IMG/VR virus record: IMGVR_UViG_2512047007_000001
Span: 4,917-68,916 of that record
Origin: a virus
Length of the DNA stretch: 64,000 nucleotides
Direction: 5' to 3' (one strand)
Positions within the stretch are counted from its first letter, which is position 1; each line of letters opens with the position of its first letter. Made by a program: the position numbers and the translations under genes. Under the pieces are notes generated by a model. The model made no database searches. It was not told the origin of the DNA and was given only the letters and a program-made list of their open reading frames with translations. Of the stretch, positions 9,138-18,191 are shown piece after piece.

Positions 9138-10306
9138 ATGCCCCCGAGCCCCGCGCCGCCGTTATCGCGGCACTTGAAATCGCTGGCTGGTACCGCGCAG
9201 ACCTTCACCAATTCCCGCTCCTCAAGCACCACTCGGGCATCTGCTGGGAGGTCTCTACCAGCGAGGGGACATGCCACATCGACTACCTCAACGGCACGAG
9301 CACCACGCTCAACCAGGCCACCCCGGACCAGGTCGTCACCGCCGCATGCCTCGCGGCGACCGGTCAGGGCGGCCCCGGCGCCGCCAAGCGCGCCCACTTC
9401 CTTGAGGCTGCCGACACGATTACCCGGCTTCAGGACCAGCTGGACGAGGAGATTCGGACCGAGTACGGCGAGCTCGACCGGGACACCGAGGTCGAGGGCG
9501 CCGCGACCCGGCGCATGGCCGACATGCTCCGCGAACGCGCTGAGACCGAGACCGCACAGACCGCCCTGCCCATCGACTTCTTCGCTCCCGACACCGTCTA
9601 CCGGCGGCGCCGCTGGACCTACCAGTGCCTCGCCGTCGTCCTCAACCCGCTCACTGGGGAGCCTCGCGCGGTCGGTCTCCTCGGCCGGGACGGCGAGCCG
9701 TCCACCGCCACGTCCATGGACCCGGACAACTGGCAGCACGACGGATGGGAGGCGCAGACCGACACGCCCGTTTCGGCGGCCCCGTCCGGCCCGTCCGTTG
9801 CCGAGGTCCAGGCCGCCGCGTACCGCAAGGCCGCCGGCCTGGTCGACGCCCTGCCGCAGGACTACGAGCTCGACCCCGGCCGCGGCGACGCCGTCCAGAT
9901 CCTCCAGCGCCTTGCCGCCGAGGCCCCGACCACGCAGCCCGCGCCGGCCATCACCGACGCCACCAGCACCACAACCGGCAGCGCATGCCGGTGCTACGCC
10001 CCCACCCACCACGCGCCGGACTGCGCGTCCGCGAGGCTCACGTGGCAGGGAAAGGCCTACCCGGCCGCCGTCTGGTACCGCGACGGCGAAGGGGCGTGGT
10101 GGTGGCCGAGCGGTATCGACGCCCGGGGCTGCCTGCTCCTCCTCCACGAGGGCGACCCCACCAACGAGGCCGAGCCCATCGACCAGGTCGAGGCGGAGTA
10201 CCCGCCGCTCACCCCCACCGCGTACGGCGCCTGTCTGCCGCTCGATGACCTCCCCGCTTGGGACCCGAGCACGGGGCAGTGGGTCCCCCCGGCCTACGAC
10301 GCCTGA
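9134..10306 (+). CDS. Mosaic hypothetical protein
   Basis: Long coupled ORF with phage codon usage. Confidence 0.7.
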   Translation: MNAPEPRAAVIAALEIAGWYRADLHQFPLLKHHSGICWEVSTSEGTCHIDYLNGTSTTLNQATPDQVVTAACLAATGQGGPGAAKRAHFLEAADTITRLQDQLDEEIRTEYGELDRDTEVEGAATRRMADMLRERAETETAQTALPIDFFAPDTVYRRRRWTYQCLAVVLNPLTGEPRAVGLLGRDGEPSTATSMDPDNWQHDGWEAQTDTPVSAAPSGPSVAEVQAAAYRKAAGLVDALPQDYELDPGRGDAVQILQRLAAEAPTTQPAPAITDATSTTTGSACRCYAPTHHAPDCASARLTWQGKAYPAAVWYRDGEGAWWWPSGIDARGCLLLLHEGDPTNEAEPIDQVEAEYPPLTPTAYGACLPLDDLPAWDPSTGQWVPPAYDA

Positions 10307-10310
10307 CCTA

Positions 10311-10356
10311 CCGCCCGCACAGCACGGGCCGCCCCCGCGGGAATCGGGGGCGGCCC
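10311..10356 (+). repeat. 46-bp direct repeat, copy 1 (hairpin)
   Basis: Identical to 11179-11224. Confidence 0.9.
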
Positions 10357-10383
10357 CCACCACACACCTATGGAGACCGAACG

Positions 10384-10776
10384 GTGAGCCGAAACCTCTG
10401 GGAACACGACCACCCGTACTACTGCGCCAAGGGCAACTACTTCGCCAGCCCGGACAAGGGCATGCACACGAAGTACGACTCGTGGACCGCCTTCCACGCC
10501 GACTGGGGCGACAACGACCCCGACCTCAACCTCGTCGTCCGCTGGGACTGGGAGCGCCCCGACCCCGCCGACTACAAGCCCTACGGCGAGGCGGTCCCCC
10601 CGGACACGCTGGCCGTGTACTGGGTCCTCCAGCGCAAGGCGATCCTTCGGTCCACCGAATGCGTCGTCACCGAGGCCGACGAGCCCGCCGTCCGCGAGTG
10701 GCTGGCCCGTCGGGCGCAGACCATCGCCGACGTCTGGTCGCCGTTCCTCGCCGCCGCCGAGGGAGCGACGGCGTGA
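10384..10776 (+). CDS. Hypothetical protein
   Basis: RBS GGAG; Trp/Tyr-rich. Confidence 0.7.
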   Translation: MSRNLWEHDHPYYCAKGNYFASPDKGMHTKYDSWTAFHADWGDNDPDLNLVVRWDWERPDPADYKPYGEAVPPDTLAVYWVLQRKAILRSTECVVTEADEPAVREWLARRAQTIADVWSPFLAAAEGATA

Positions 10777-11171
10777 GCGAGATCGAGCCCGTGGGACACC
10801 TCTACGGCATCGAGCCGGGACGCTACGACGCCAACGACGACTGGCAGCCCGAACGCATCGTGGCCTTCCGGATCACCAAGAAGACCCCACGCCGGATCTA
10901 CTACGACGCCGACCTCTACCGCGGGCAGCCGAACATCCGGTTCGTCAACCGTCAGGTCATCGAGGAAAAGGGCGAGATCACCCGCAGGAGCGGCGTCTGG
11001 TCGGAGCCCGACCTCCAGCTGTACGTCAAGCCGCCGCAGACCTGGCCGCCCCAGCCGGACCTGGACATCGCACGACTCAAGGCCGAGATGGCCGCCGCAC
11101 ACCCCGACCGGGGCGGTACCGAAGCGGAGTTCATCGCGGCTCGCGGCCGATACGAGAGCGCGCGCCGCTGA
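10773..11171 (+). CDS. Protein with C-terminal minimal J-domain
   Basis: LKAEMAAAHPDRGGTEAEF (HPD motif). Confidence 0.6.
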   Translation: MSEIEPVGHLYGIEPGRYDANDDWQPERIVAFRITKKTPRRIYYDADLYRGQPNIRFVNRQVIEEKGEITRRSGVWSEPDLQLYVKPPQTWPPQPDLDIARLKAEMAAAHPDRGGTEAEFIAARGRYESARR

Positions 11172-11178
11172 CGCCTGA

Positions 11179-11224
11179 CCGCCCGCACAGCACGGGCCGC
11201 CCCCGCGGGAATCGGGGGCGGCCC
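11179..11224 (+). repeat. 46-bp direct repeat, copy 2 (hairpin)
   Basis: Identical to 10311-10356. Confidence 0.9.
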
Positions 11225-11251
11225 TCCCACCAGCCAACCACGGAGAACATC

Positions 11252-12114
11252 GTGACGACGCCCCGCCCCCGACGCCCGCACCCCAAGACGGCGCAGATCA
11301 TCGAGCTTGCCCGCGCCGGCCGCACCACCGACGAGATCGCCCGCACCCTCCGCGCCGGCCGCGGGACCGTCGCCAGGGTCCGCGAAGAGGCCGGCATCCC
11401 CCCGACCCCCGCACCGCCTGGCGCAAGCCGCCCCACCCCAAGGAGAAGGAGGTCCGGGGCCTCCTCGCCGAGGGGTACAGCAACGCCGAGGCCGCCCGCC
11501 GGACCGGCGTCACCCCGGCCACCGCGGCCCGCATCCGCGAGTCCGCCGGTATCGGGCCCGCCACCATCCCGCCGCCGCCCCGCCCCCACCCGCGCACCGC
11601 CGAGATCACCGCCCTCCTCGCCCACGCCACGAACACGGCCATCGCCGAGCAGCTGGGCGTGGACCGCGCTGCCGTCGCCCGCATCCGCCAGGAGACCGGC
11701 ACCACCTACCGCAAGCCGAAGTACCGCTCAGCCGAGGAGAAGTGGGCCGACCACGTCCGCTTGGTCGACGGCGGCCACCTGGAGTGGCTGGGGGAGCGGT
11801 CCAGCACCGGCACCCCGGTCATGCGCTACCAGGACCAGTGGGTCAGCCCGGCCGGCATCGCCTTCCGCTGGGGCACGGGCCGCGACCCCGTCGACCAGGT
11901 CCGCGCCGAGTGCGGCGTCCGCCACTGCCAGGCCCCCGACCACGTAGACGACGACCTCGGCCGCCAGCGCACCCGCGAGCAACTGCGCTACCTCACCGGG
12001 CGCGGCCCCCGGCCCGAGCGCTGCCGCCACGGCCACCTCCAGGCCGACCACGGCCGGTACACGCCCACCGGCGTCGCCTACTGCAACAAGTGCAAGCAGC
12101 GCAAGCGCAGTTGA
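11252..12114 (+). pseudogene. Triple-HTH plus degenerate HNH-like protein, frameshifted near 11398-11410
   Basis: RBS GGAG plus GTG at 11252; first HTH in one frame, HTH2/HTH3 and HNH-like/Zn C-terminus in the -1 frame after C6/C5 runs. Confidence 0.65.
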
Positions 12115-12201
12115 CCACCGTGCCCCACGAGCGCGGGGCCGCTCCCGCCCGAACCGGGAGCGGCCCCACCCCGCCACCCTCCCACGCCACAGAGGCCCAC
12201 C

Positions 12202-12387
12202 GTGCACCCCATCTGCGCAGCCTGCTGGACACCCCTCCCCGACACCACCGCCCCATGCCCCCGCCCGCGATGCCGCCGGCCCGACCCGCCCGACCCATCC
12301 CCGCCGCCGCCCACGTCCGTCCCCGGACAGACGGCCCTGCCGCTACCTCCGCCACAACCCCGCCAACTGCCCCTGTGGGGCCCGTGA
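12202..12387 (+). CDS. Small Zn/Pro-rich hypothetical protein
   Basis: RBS GAGG; CAAC...CPRPRC. Confidence 0.5.
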   Translation: MHPICAACWTPLPDTTAPCPRPRCRRPDPPDPSPPPPTSVPGQTALPLPPPQPRQLPLWGP

Positions 12388-12418
12388 ACCCGCGCACCGA
12401 CCACACCGGAGACCCCCG

Positions 12419-12895
12419 ATGACCGAGCAGTTCAACGACGAGGTACGCACGATCGGCGATGCCCTCGCCGCCGGCGTCGCAGGCGACCTCGAACGGGGCA
12501 CCACGATGCTCCAGCCCCTCGTGGACCGGGGCCGCCGCGAGACGTTCGCCGTCCTCGGCAGCCTCGCCGAGGCCGCCACGTTCATCGCCCGACGCGACAG
12601 CACCGCCGGCGCCTTCGGCCTGCACGTCGCCGACATCACCACCGGGGAGAGCGCGTCCGCCGACGAGCTACCGCCGCCGGCGCGCTTCGCGTTCCAGTAC
12701 GTCACGGCCTGGGCCAACCGTGACCCTGACGCCGCCCTCGATCTGTTCACCGTCTTCGCGGACCACTGCGAACGCACCGGCGCCCCCGACCTCGGCGAGG
12801 CCATCGGCCTCGTCTACGGCATGGCCGTCACGACCAGCACCCAACTGATCCGCGAAGCCCGCGAGGCTCGCGAGGCCGGAGAGGACCGTCCGTGA
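12419..12895 (+). CDS. Hypothetical protein
   Basis: RBS GGAG; good codon usage. Confidence 0.75.
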   Translation: MTEQFNDEVRTIGDALAAGVAGDLERGTTMLQPLVDRGRRETFAVLGSLAEAATFIARRDSTAGAFGLHVADITTGESASADELPPPARFAFQYVTAWANRDPDAALDLFTVFADHCERTGAPDLGEAIGLVYGMAVTTSTQLIREAREAREAGEDRP

Positions 12896-13173
12896 CCACC
12901 GTCTACCTCCTGGCGGCCCTCCTCGCCGGGTACGGGCTCGGCCGCTGGCAGCCCTACACCCGACTCGGCGACTGGGTCGCATGGGAGGTCCACCTCCACA
13001 TCGACCGGTGGACAACCCGCCCCCGGCAGCTCGTCCTCGCCGCGCTGCTGCTCATCACCGACCCGCGCCGCACCCTCCGGGCCTGGCGCCACCGCCACGA
13101 CCCCCCGCCCACCAGGAGCCCCGCCATGCAAGTCCCGCCCCCGTACCGCCCCGAGGGCGAGGAGGCCCGTTGA
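12892..13173 (+). CDS. Small membrane protein
   Basis: TM segments; coupled. Confidence 0.65.
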   Translation: MTTVYLLAALLAGYGLGRWQPYTRLGDWVAWEVHLHIDRWTTRPRQLVLAALLLITDPRRTLRAWRHRHDPPPTRSPAMQVPPPYRPEGEEAR

Positions 13174-13478
13174 ACCGCCCCCTCGGGTACGCCCTGGCTG
13201 CCGCGCACCTCACCGCCGGCCTCTACCTCGCCCACGCCGCCACCATCACCGTCAACCACGGCGGCGCCCCCGCGACCGCCACCGCCCTCTACGCCACCGC
13301 CGCCCTCGCGGCCGCCGCCGCGCTCACGGCCGCTCCCGGCCCCCGGCGGCCGCCCGTTCCGACCCGGCCGGGCACCGCCGACGAGGACGCCGCCGCCCTC
13401 GCCACCCTCACCTGCGACCAGGACCGCGGCGAGAACCCTTTCGCCTGGACCGCCACCACCCCGGAAGGAAAGCCATGA
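13170..13478 (+). CDS. Small membrane protein
   Basis: TTG start overlapping upstream stop after GGAGG. Confidence 0.55.
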   Translation: MNRPLGYALAAAHLTAGLYLAHAATITVNHGGAPATATALYATAALAAAAALTAAPGPRRPPVPTRPGTADEDAAALATLTCDQDRGENPFAWTATTPEGKP

Positions 13479-14389
13479 CCGACACCACCACGACTGACCA
13501 GTGCTTCACGTGCGGGGACACCACCGAGCCCGGCCACGAGTGCGCCCCCGCACGGCTCAAGGACGCGCTGCGCCACGCCCGGGGCCGCCTGGATCTCCTG
13601 GCCCACTCCCTCCGCACGCTCCTGGCGCACCTCGCGGAGAGCGCGGCCGAGGAGCAGGCCGTCCCGCCCATGATCGTGAAGCGGGCCCGCTCCGCCCTCA
13701 CCGCACGCCGCACCCGCCCGTACCACCCGGATGTTCAAGGCCGCTGCCCGAGCTGCGGCGGCGCCACCCTCTTCCTCGCGAACGGCGGCTACATCACCTG
13801 CTCCTCCCTCCCCTGCCCGACCCCCGACGCCGCAACGACCCTCCTCGAACGCCGACCCACCCGCGAGGACGTGACCGGCGCGTCTTCACCGTGCCGCCAG
13901 GCCGCCTACGAAGCGGTGTACGACCACATCCGCCGCCTCGGCGCCGGCCTCCCTTCGGACACCGCCCAGCGCAACGCCTCGATCTGGCGAGCAGTTCACG
14001 CCGCCCTCGACGCCGCTGGCGTGCCCGCCCGCGCCAACCCAACCGACTCCCACGCCACCACCGAGGGACACCCCGTCCCCACCGGGAGACACCCCGTCCC
14101 TCCGGCGAGGGACACCAGGGAGGACACGCCCCCCGAGCCCGGAGGACGGACACAGGCGTCCCCCCTCGGGGACACCGCCGAACCTTCCCTGACCAGGACT
14201 GTCCCCGTCGCCCCTGCCCCTGTCCCCGACCACCCCGGCCCCGGGGGCGACGGTGGGGACAGTGCGCAAAACGCCGGTGTCCGCTTCGCCTACACCGCCA
14301 CCGTGCGCCGGGGTGAGGTCCGCGACGCCATCACCGAGGCGTTCGACCTCCTGGACGCCGAGCTCCACGCCCAGCGGCGCCAGCCATGA
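13475..14389 (+). CDS. Hypothetical protein containing a GGGGACA repeat patch
   Basis: CPSCGG...YITC Zn motif; coupled. Confidence 0.65.
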   Translation: MTDTTTTDQCFTCGDTTEPGHECAPARLKDALRHARGRLDLLAHSLRTLLAHLAESAAEEQAVPPMIVKRARSALTARRTRPYHPDVQGRCPSCGGATLFLANGGYITCSSLPCPTPDAATTLLERRPTREDVTGASSPCRQAAYEAVYDHIRRLGAGLPSDTAQRNASIWRAVHAALDAAGVPARANPTDSHATTEGHPVPTGRHPVPPARDTREDTPPEPGGRTQASPLGDTAEPSLTRTVPVAPAPVPDHPGPGGDGGDSAQNAGVRFAYTATVRRGEVRDAITEAFDLLDAELHAQRRQP

Positions 14390-14589
14390 CGCTCGACCCC
14401 CCGCTGCCCCGCAGGATCAGCCGGGCCGAGATCGAGCACGCCCTACACCTCGACCGACTCCGCAGGCACGCCGCCGCGGGCGACATCGGAGCAGCCATCG
14501 CCCTCGGCCGGCACCTTCCTCTCCACGAGGCGTACGCCGTGCTCGCCGCTACCCGCTCCCCGGCTGCACCGTCCCCGTCCGCCTTGTGA
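14386..14589 (+). CDS. Small hypothetical protein
   Basis: Coupled ORF. Confidence 0.55.
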   Translation: MTLDPPLPRRISRAEIEHALHLDRLRRHAAAGDIGAAIALGRHLPLHEAYAVLAATRSPAAPSPSAL

Positions 14590-14696
14590 CGAGGCCCACG
14601 GCCGGGGTGCCCACCACAGGGCACCCCGGCCGCCGCTGCTCCACAACCATGACCACCCTCGACGGCCAACAGCCCACCACCTCCAAGGAGACTCCA

Positions 14697-15161
14697 ATGG
14701 CCAGCACCGCCGCCGCCTACGCCGCCGCGTACGCCGTCCTCACCGCCGCCCACGAAGCCGGGGACTACATCGTCCAGCGGGACGCCGACGCCCGCGACAA
14801 GGGCAAGCACGGCCACACCGGCCGCGCCGCCTGCGCCCGCCACGTGGCCTCCTACACCGCCACCCAGGCCCTCGCGCTCCTCGCCGCCCACCGCGGCCTC
14901 CGCCTCCACCTCAACCCCCGCCGCGCCCTCCTCGGCCTCGGCCTCTCCGCCGCCACCCACTACATCGCCGACCGCTGCGCAACCCACTGGGCGGACGACA
15001 CCGCCACGGCGCCGCTCCTCGTCCGCGCCGCCCACGCCACCGGCAAGGGGGCGTGGCTCCAGCGCGATCCCGGCGCCGGCGCCCTCATCGACCAGGCGTG
15101 GCACAAAGCGTGCATCGGCGTCGCCGCCGCCGTTGCCGCCTCCGGACGCCGCACCTGCTGA
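14697..15161 (+). CDS. DUF3307-like membrane protein
   Basis: AHEAGDYIVQ, H..Y, HYIAD, DQAWH His/Asp motifs; RBS AAGGAG. Confidence 0.7.
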   Translation: MASTAAAYAAAYAVLTAAHEAGDYIVQRDADARDKGKHGHTGRAACARHVASYTATQALALLAAHRGLRLHLNPRRALLGLGLSAATHYIADRCATHWADDTATAPLLVRAAHATGKGAWLQRDPGAGALIDQAWHKACIGVAAAVAASGRRTC

Positions 15162-15175
15162 GTTCCGGCCGCTTG

Positions 15176-15205
15176 CTAACTATGCATCATGTGATGCATA
15201 GTTAG
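15176..15205. promoter_or_regulatory. AT-rich palindromic operator
   Basis: CTAACTATGCATCA-TG-TGATGCATAGTTAG, perfect 14-bp arms. Confidence 0.7.
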
Positions 15206-15240
15206 GTCGAGGCCGAGGGACCAGCCCGCCGGCCCAGCGA

Positions 15241-15615
15241 ATGGAGCGTGTACCGATGCCGAGCGCGGACAGCCTTCAGCAGGCCATCAAGGACGCCACG
15301 GAGGAGCGGGCAAGGTCGCTGGACGCGAGCCTCCCCGACGACGAGCGGAAGGACGCGGCGGAGTCCGCCGACATCTACTGGCGCAGCATCATGCACGTCG
15401 CCACGCGCCTCGCCGAGGTCTGCAGGAAGGAGGGCGCCGCCCTGAGCCCCCGACTCCGAGCCCTGGCACCCGACGACTACAGCCGCGAGGCGCAGGAGCT
15501 GGACGACCTCTACCGCACCTGGACGGCCGCGACCTATGACATGGAGGCCCTGGCGGCACACGCCGCACTCCGCCAGGACGCCGAGCGGACGCTCTCCGCA
15601 GAAAGGGCGGGCTGA
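15241..15615 (+). CDS. Hypothetical alpha-helical protein (start may be 15256)
   Basis: ORF downstream of the palindrome; stop overlaps next start. Confidence 0.7.
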   Translation: MERVPMPSADSLQQAIKDATEERARSLDASLPDDERKDAAESADIYWRSIMHVATRLAEVCRKEGAALSPRLRALAPDDYSREAQELDDLYRTWTAATYDMEALAAHAALRQDAERTLSAERAG

Positions 15616-15830
15616 TGCCCGAGCTATGGACCATTGAGCAAGTGGCGCAGGAGCTCGGCATCAAGCCGAACGCCGCTCGCGGACAGCTCTCCCGCTGGGG
15701 CATCCGCCGCGCGGGCACCGGCTCCTCACCGGCCGGGCGCATCACCGCCCAGTACGACGCCGACGAGGTCCGTGATGCAGCCGCCCGCCGGCCCGGCCGC
15801 GGCGCCCGAACCGACCTCCTCAACAAGTAA
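15615..15830 (+). CDS. HTH DNA-binding protein (excisionase/MerR-like)
   Basis: WTIEQVAQELGIKPNAARGQLSR; C-terminal PGRGARTDL. Confidence 0.8.
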   Translation: MPELWTIEQVAQELGIKPNAARGQLSRWGIRRAGTGSSPAGRITAQYDADEVRDAAARRPGRGARTDLLNK

Positions 15831-15853
15831 CCGGCCCACCGCCAGATCCGCAC

Positions 15854-15888
15854 AAAGGCCCCCCTCGACGCATCGAGGGGGGCCTCCT
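15854..15888. terminator. Hairpin between convergent genes
   Basis: AGGCCCCCCTCGA..TCGAGGGGGGCCT. Confidence 0.7.
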
Positions 15889-15902
15889 GGCGTGTGCCTG
15901 CC

Positions 15903-16382
15903 CTACTCCGGCGTCCGCTCCACCGTCGACACCCGCACGGACCGAATGTCCGCCAGTTCCCCGTTCCGAATCTCCGCCTCCAGGGGCGCCGTGTCCCCCT
16001 TCGAGGTCTTCCCCACCCCCAGCTTGTCCGCCGTCACCCCGGTGGACCCCAGGACATCCCCGTCCCCGTCGAGGAACTCCAGCCCCACGAAGTACGAGGC
16101 CCCCTCTTCACCGCGGTTGGTGATCGAGTACGGGGTGACGTACGCCCCCGGCCCCCACACGTCGTGATCCTGGAACCCAGCCTTGCCCAGCTCGACATCC
16201 CGCGCGGCCACATCCTCCTCGCCACCCTTGTCCCCCGCCGGAGCCGCCCCGGCCGGCGCCGACGAACCGGTCGACGCGGGCGCCCCCTCGCCGCCACCCG
16301 TGCCCTCGCTCGACCCCGCGCAGCCGCTCACCAGCGCAGCCGCAGCCACCACCGCACCCACGTACACCCCAACACGCCGCAT
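15903..16382 (-). CDS. Lipoprotein with FxLYD-like Ig-fold domain
   Basis: LVSGC lipobox; YSITN...YFVGLEFLDGDGDVLG. Confidence 0.75.
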   Translation of the reverse strand: MRRVGVYVGAVVAAAALVSGCAGSSEGTGGGEGAPASTGSSAPAGAAPAGDKGGEEDVAARDVELGKAGFQDHDVWGPGAYVTPYSITNRGEEGASYFVGLEFLDGDGDVLGSTGVTADKLGVGKTSKGDTAPLEAEIRNGELADIRSVRVSTVERTPE

Positions 16383-16612
16383 AGCCCTCTCCCATCTGAT
16401 CAGTGCAAAGCCCCGACGCTAGCGACCCGGCACCCGGCCCCCGGGGCAATCCCGGCCGCACCCCCCGAACGAGGGGCGCACCGATCGGGCGTACGGCAGC
16501 ACGGGCCGGCCCACTCTGATCACCCCGAAGCGCTACGGTCGCACCGCTCATCGGGAACCGCGTCGGCCGGGGAATTCGACGCGGACCGGGCCGCTCCGGC
16601 GGTAGCTCCACA

Positions 16613-16650
16613 CGAACAGCCCCCCAACCGATCGGTTGGGGGGCTGTTCG
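16613..16650. terminator. Perfect 38-bp palindrome downstream of the GntR gene
   Basis: CGAACAGCCCCCCAACCGA|TCGGTTGGGGGGCTGTTCG. Confidence 0.7.
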
Positions 16651-16685
16651 CCTGCTCACTTCTCAGCCGCGCCTCGCCGGCCGCG

Positions 16686-17411
16686 TCACACGTCGCACTC
16701 GGCCACCAGCCGCCGGCCAGGCGCCAGGTAGTCCACCGCGTACTCCGTCGGCTCCCCGCGCTGGTCCCAGTAGTGGTTGGTCGTCGCCAGCACCTCGGTC
16801 CCCGCAGGCACGCCCAGGTGCTCCGCGACGTCCAGCGGCACCGGCCGCACCTCATGGGTATCCCGACGCCGGGCCACTCGCCGCCCCGTCCGCTCCTCCA
16901 CGAGCCCGAACGTCATCTTCGGCAGCGGGGCCAGCTGTTCGTACTCCGGCATCAGGTCGGCCAGGGCGCCCGTGACCCACGTCGAGGACACCGCGACCAC
17001 CCCGCCGACGTCGAGGTACCGGCGGCGCCGCCGGGCCACCACCGTCCCGACCTCGACCCCGAGCGCGTCAGCCACCGCCCGGTCGGCTTCCTCGCGCCGG
17101 ACGTCCAGGAGCTCGACGCGCTCGCCCTCGCCGATCGAGGGCCGCGCGGACAGCATCCGCGTCAGCCGCTCCGCGCCGGCCGTCGCCGGGCTCGGGGTAC
17201 GCACGATCGTGCCGATACCGGGCACCGTGTCCACGTACCCCCGGTCACGCAACACCGCCGTCACCCGTGCCGCCGTCGCGGCGGACACGCCCTCCGCCCG
17301 CTCGATCTCCCGCACCGACGGCGCACGGTCACCAGGGCGCAGCCGCCCCGCCTCGATGTCGGTGATGATCTTCTCCGCGATCCGCCGGTACGGCGGCAGG
17401 GCCTGACTCAT
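16686..17411 (-). CDS. GntR/HutC-subfamily repressor with UTRA domain (KorSA-like)
   Basis: YRRIAEKI..DIEAGRLRPGDRAPSVREI...GYVDTVPGIGTIV plus UTRA-type C-terminus. Confidence 0.9.
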   Translation of the reverse strand: MSQALPPYRRIAEKIITDIEAGRLRPGDRAPSVREIERAEGVSAATAARVTAVLRDRGYVDTVPGIGTIVRTPSPATAGAERLTRMLSARPSIGEGERVELLDVRREEADRAVADALGVEVGTVVARRRRRYLDVGGVVAVSSTWVTGALADLMPEYEQLAPLPKMTFGLVEERTGRRVARRRDTHEVRPVPLDVAEHLGVPAGTEVLATTNHYWDQRGEPTEYAVDYLAPGRRLVAECDV

Positions 17412-17452
17412 CCCGGCCTCCCCTCTCTCTGATCACTGAAAGTGCCTGATGC

Positions 17453-17490
17453 GGCACCGCTTGACACCATGCGGTGCCTTAGTACACCTT
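17453..17490. promoter_or_regulatory. Divergent promoter with inverted-repeat operator
   Basis: GGCACCGC-TTGACACCAT-GCGGTGCC: 8-bp arms enclose a perfect TTGACA. Confidence 0.65.
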
Positions 17491-17581
17491 AGAGCGCACC
17501 GAGGCTCCTCGAAAGCCCACGGGGACCCAACGTCCGCGCGGACTGGCCACTAACCGCCCGCGCGAACGCCCCGCCCCGGCC

Positions 17582-17599
17582 CGGGTGGTCGCACACCCG
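17582..17599 (+). promoter_or_regulatory. GUCGCA-loop hairpin (leader element, copy 1)
   Basis: CGGGTG-GTCGCA-CACCCG. Confidence 0.6.
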
Positions 17600-17656
17600 C
17601 GAGGAGCCACCCCGACCCCACGTCGCACCCCCCACAGGGTGGAATCGGAGGAAGCC

Positions 17657-17749
17657 ATGACGGTGGAGCACGATCTCAGCAAGCCGGAGGAGCGGAAGGA
17701 ACTCAAGGACAAGGTTCGAGACGCCAACCGACGCACCGGCAAGGAATGA
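17657..17749 (+). CDS. 30-aa charged peptide
   Basis: Strong RBS GGAGG; MTVEHDLSKPEERKELKDKVRDANRRTGKE. Confidence 0.55.
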   Translation: MTVEHDLSKPEERKELKDKVRDANRRTGKE

Positions 17750-17843
17750 TCTGTCCTCTACGCCACTTCGGCCCCCGCACCAACCCTGGTGCGGGGGCCG
17801 AAGTGCGTTTACCTGGGGGTTGGGTCCCTCGCTGGAGGGGAGG

Positions 17844-18125
17844 TCACTCCGTCGGGCGGTTTTTCTCGCTCAGGTCCGTCCTCTCTCCCTGGCGAGTGAC
17901 GCGCGCACGGAAGTACGTCAGGACGTCCGGCCAGTTCCACAGCCGAATCCGGCCGTGCTCGTACACCGTCGCCGGAAAGTCGGGGTCGGTCGCGACGAGC
18001 TGCCGAATGCGGGGTGCCCCCACGCGCTTGACGCCAGCCGCCACCAGGCGGTCCGGCATGGCCGGGATCGACACCAAATCGGGCTGGCCCTCCTGCCGCT
18101 CCGCTCCCAGGGGGGAGTGAGACAT
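17844..18125 (-). CDS. AlpA/excisionase-like DNA-binding protein
   Basis: RIRQLVATDPDFPATVYEHGRIRLWNWPDVLTYF; C-terminal RQGERTDL. Confidence 0.7.
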   Translation of the reverse strand: MSHSPLGAERQEGQPDLVSIPAMPDRLVAAGVKRVGAPRIRQLVATDPDFPATVYEHGRIRLWNWPDVLTYFRARVTRQGERTDLSEKNRPTE

Positions 18126-18191
18126 GCCGCCATCCTTCCAACTTATTTGCGTTAGCGCAAACGCCACGCTAGTCTCGCAATCTCAGCACGA

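Noticed and set aside
16430-16610. Structured ncRNA between the lipoprotein and GntR genes
   Set aside because: Only short GC-rich stems expected by chance; no recognisable motif.
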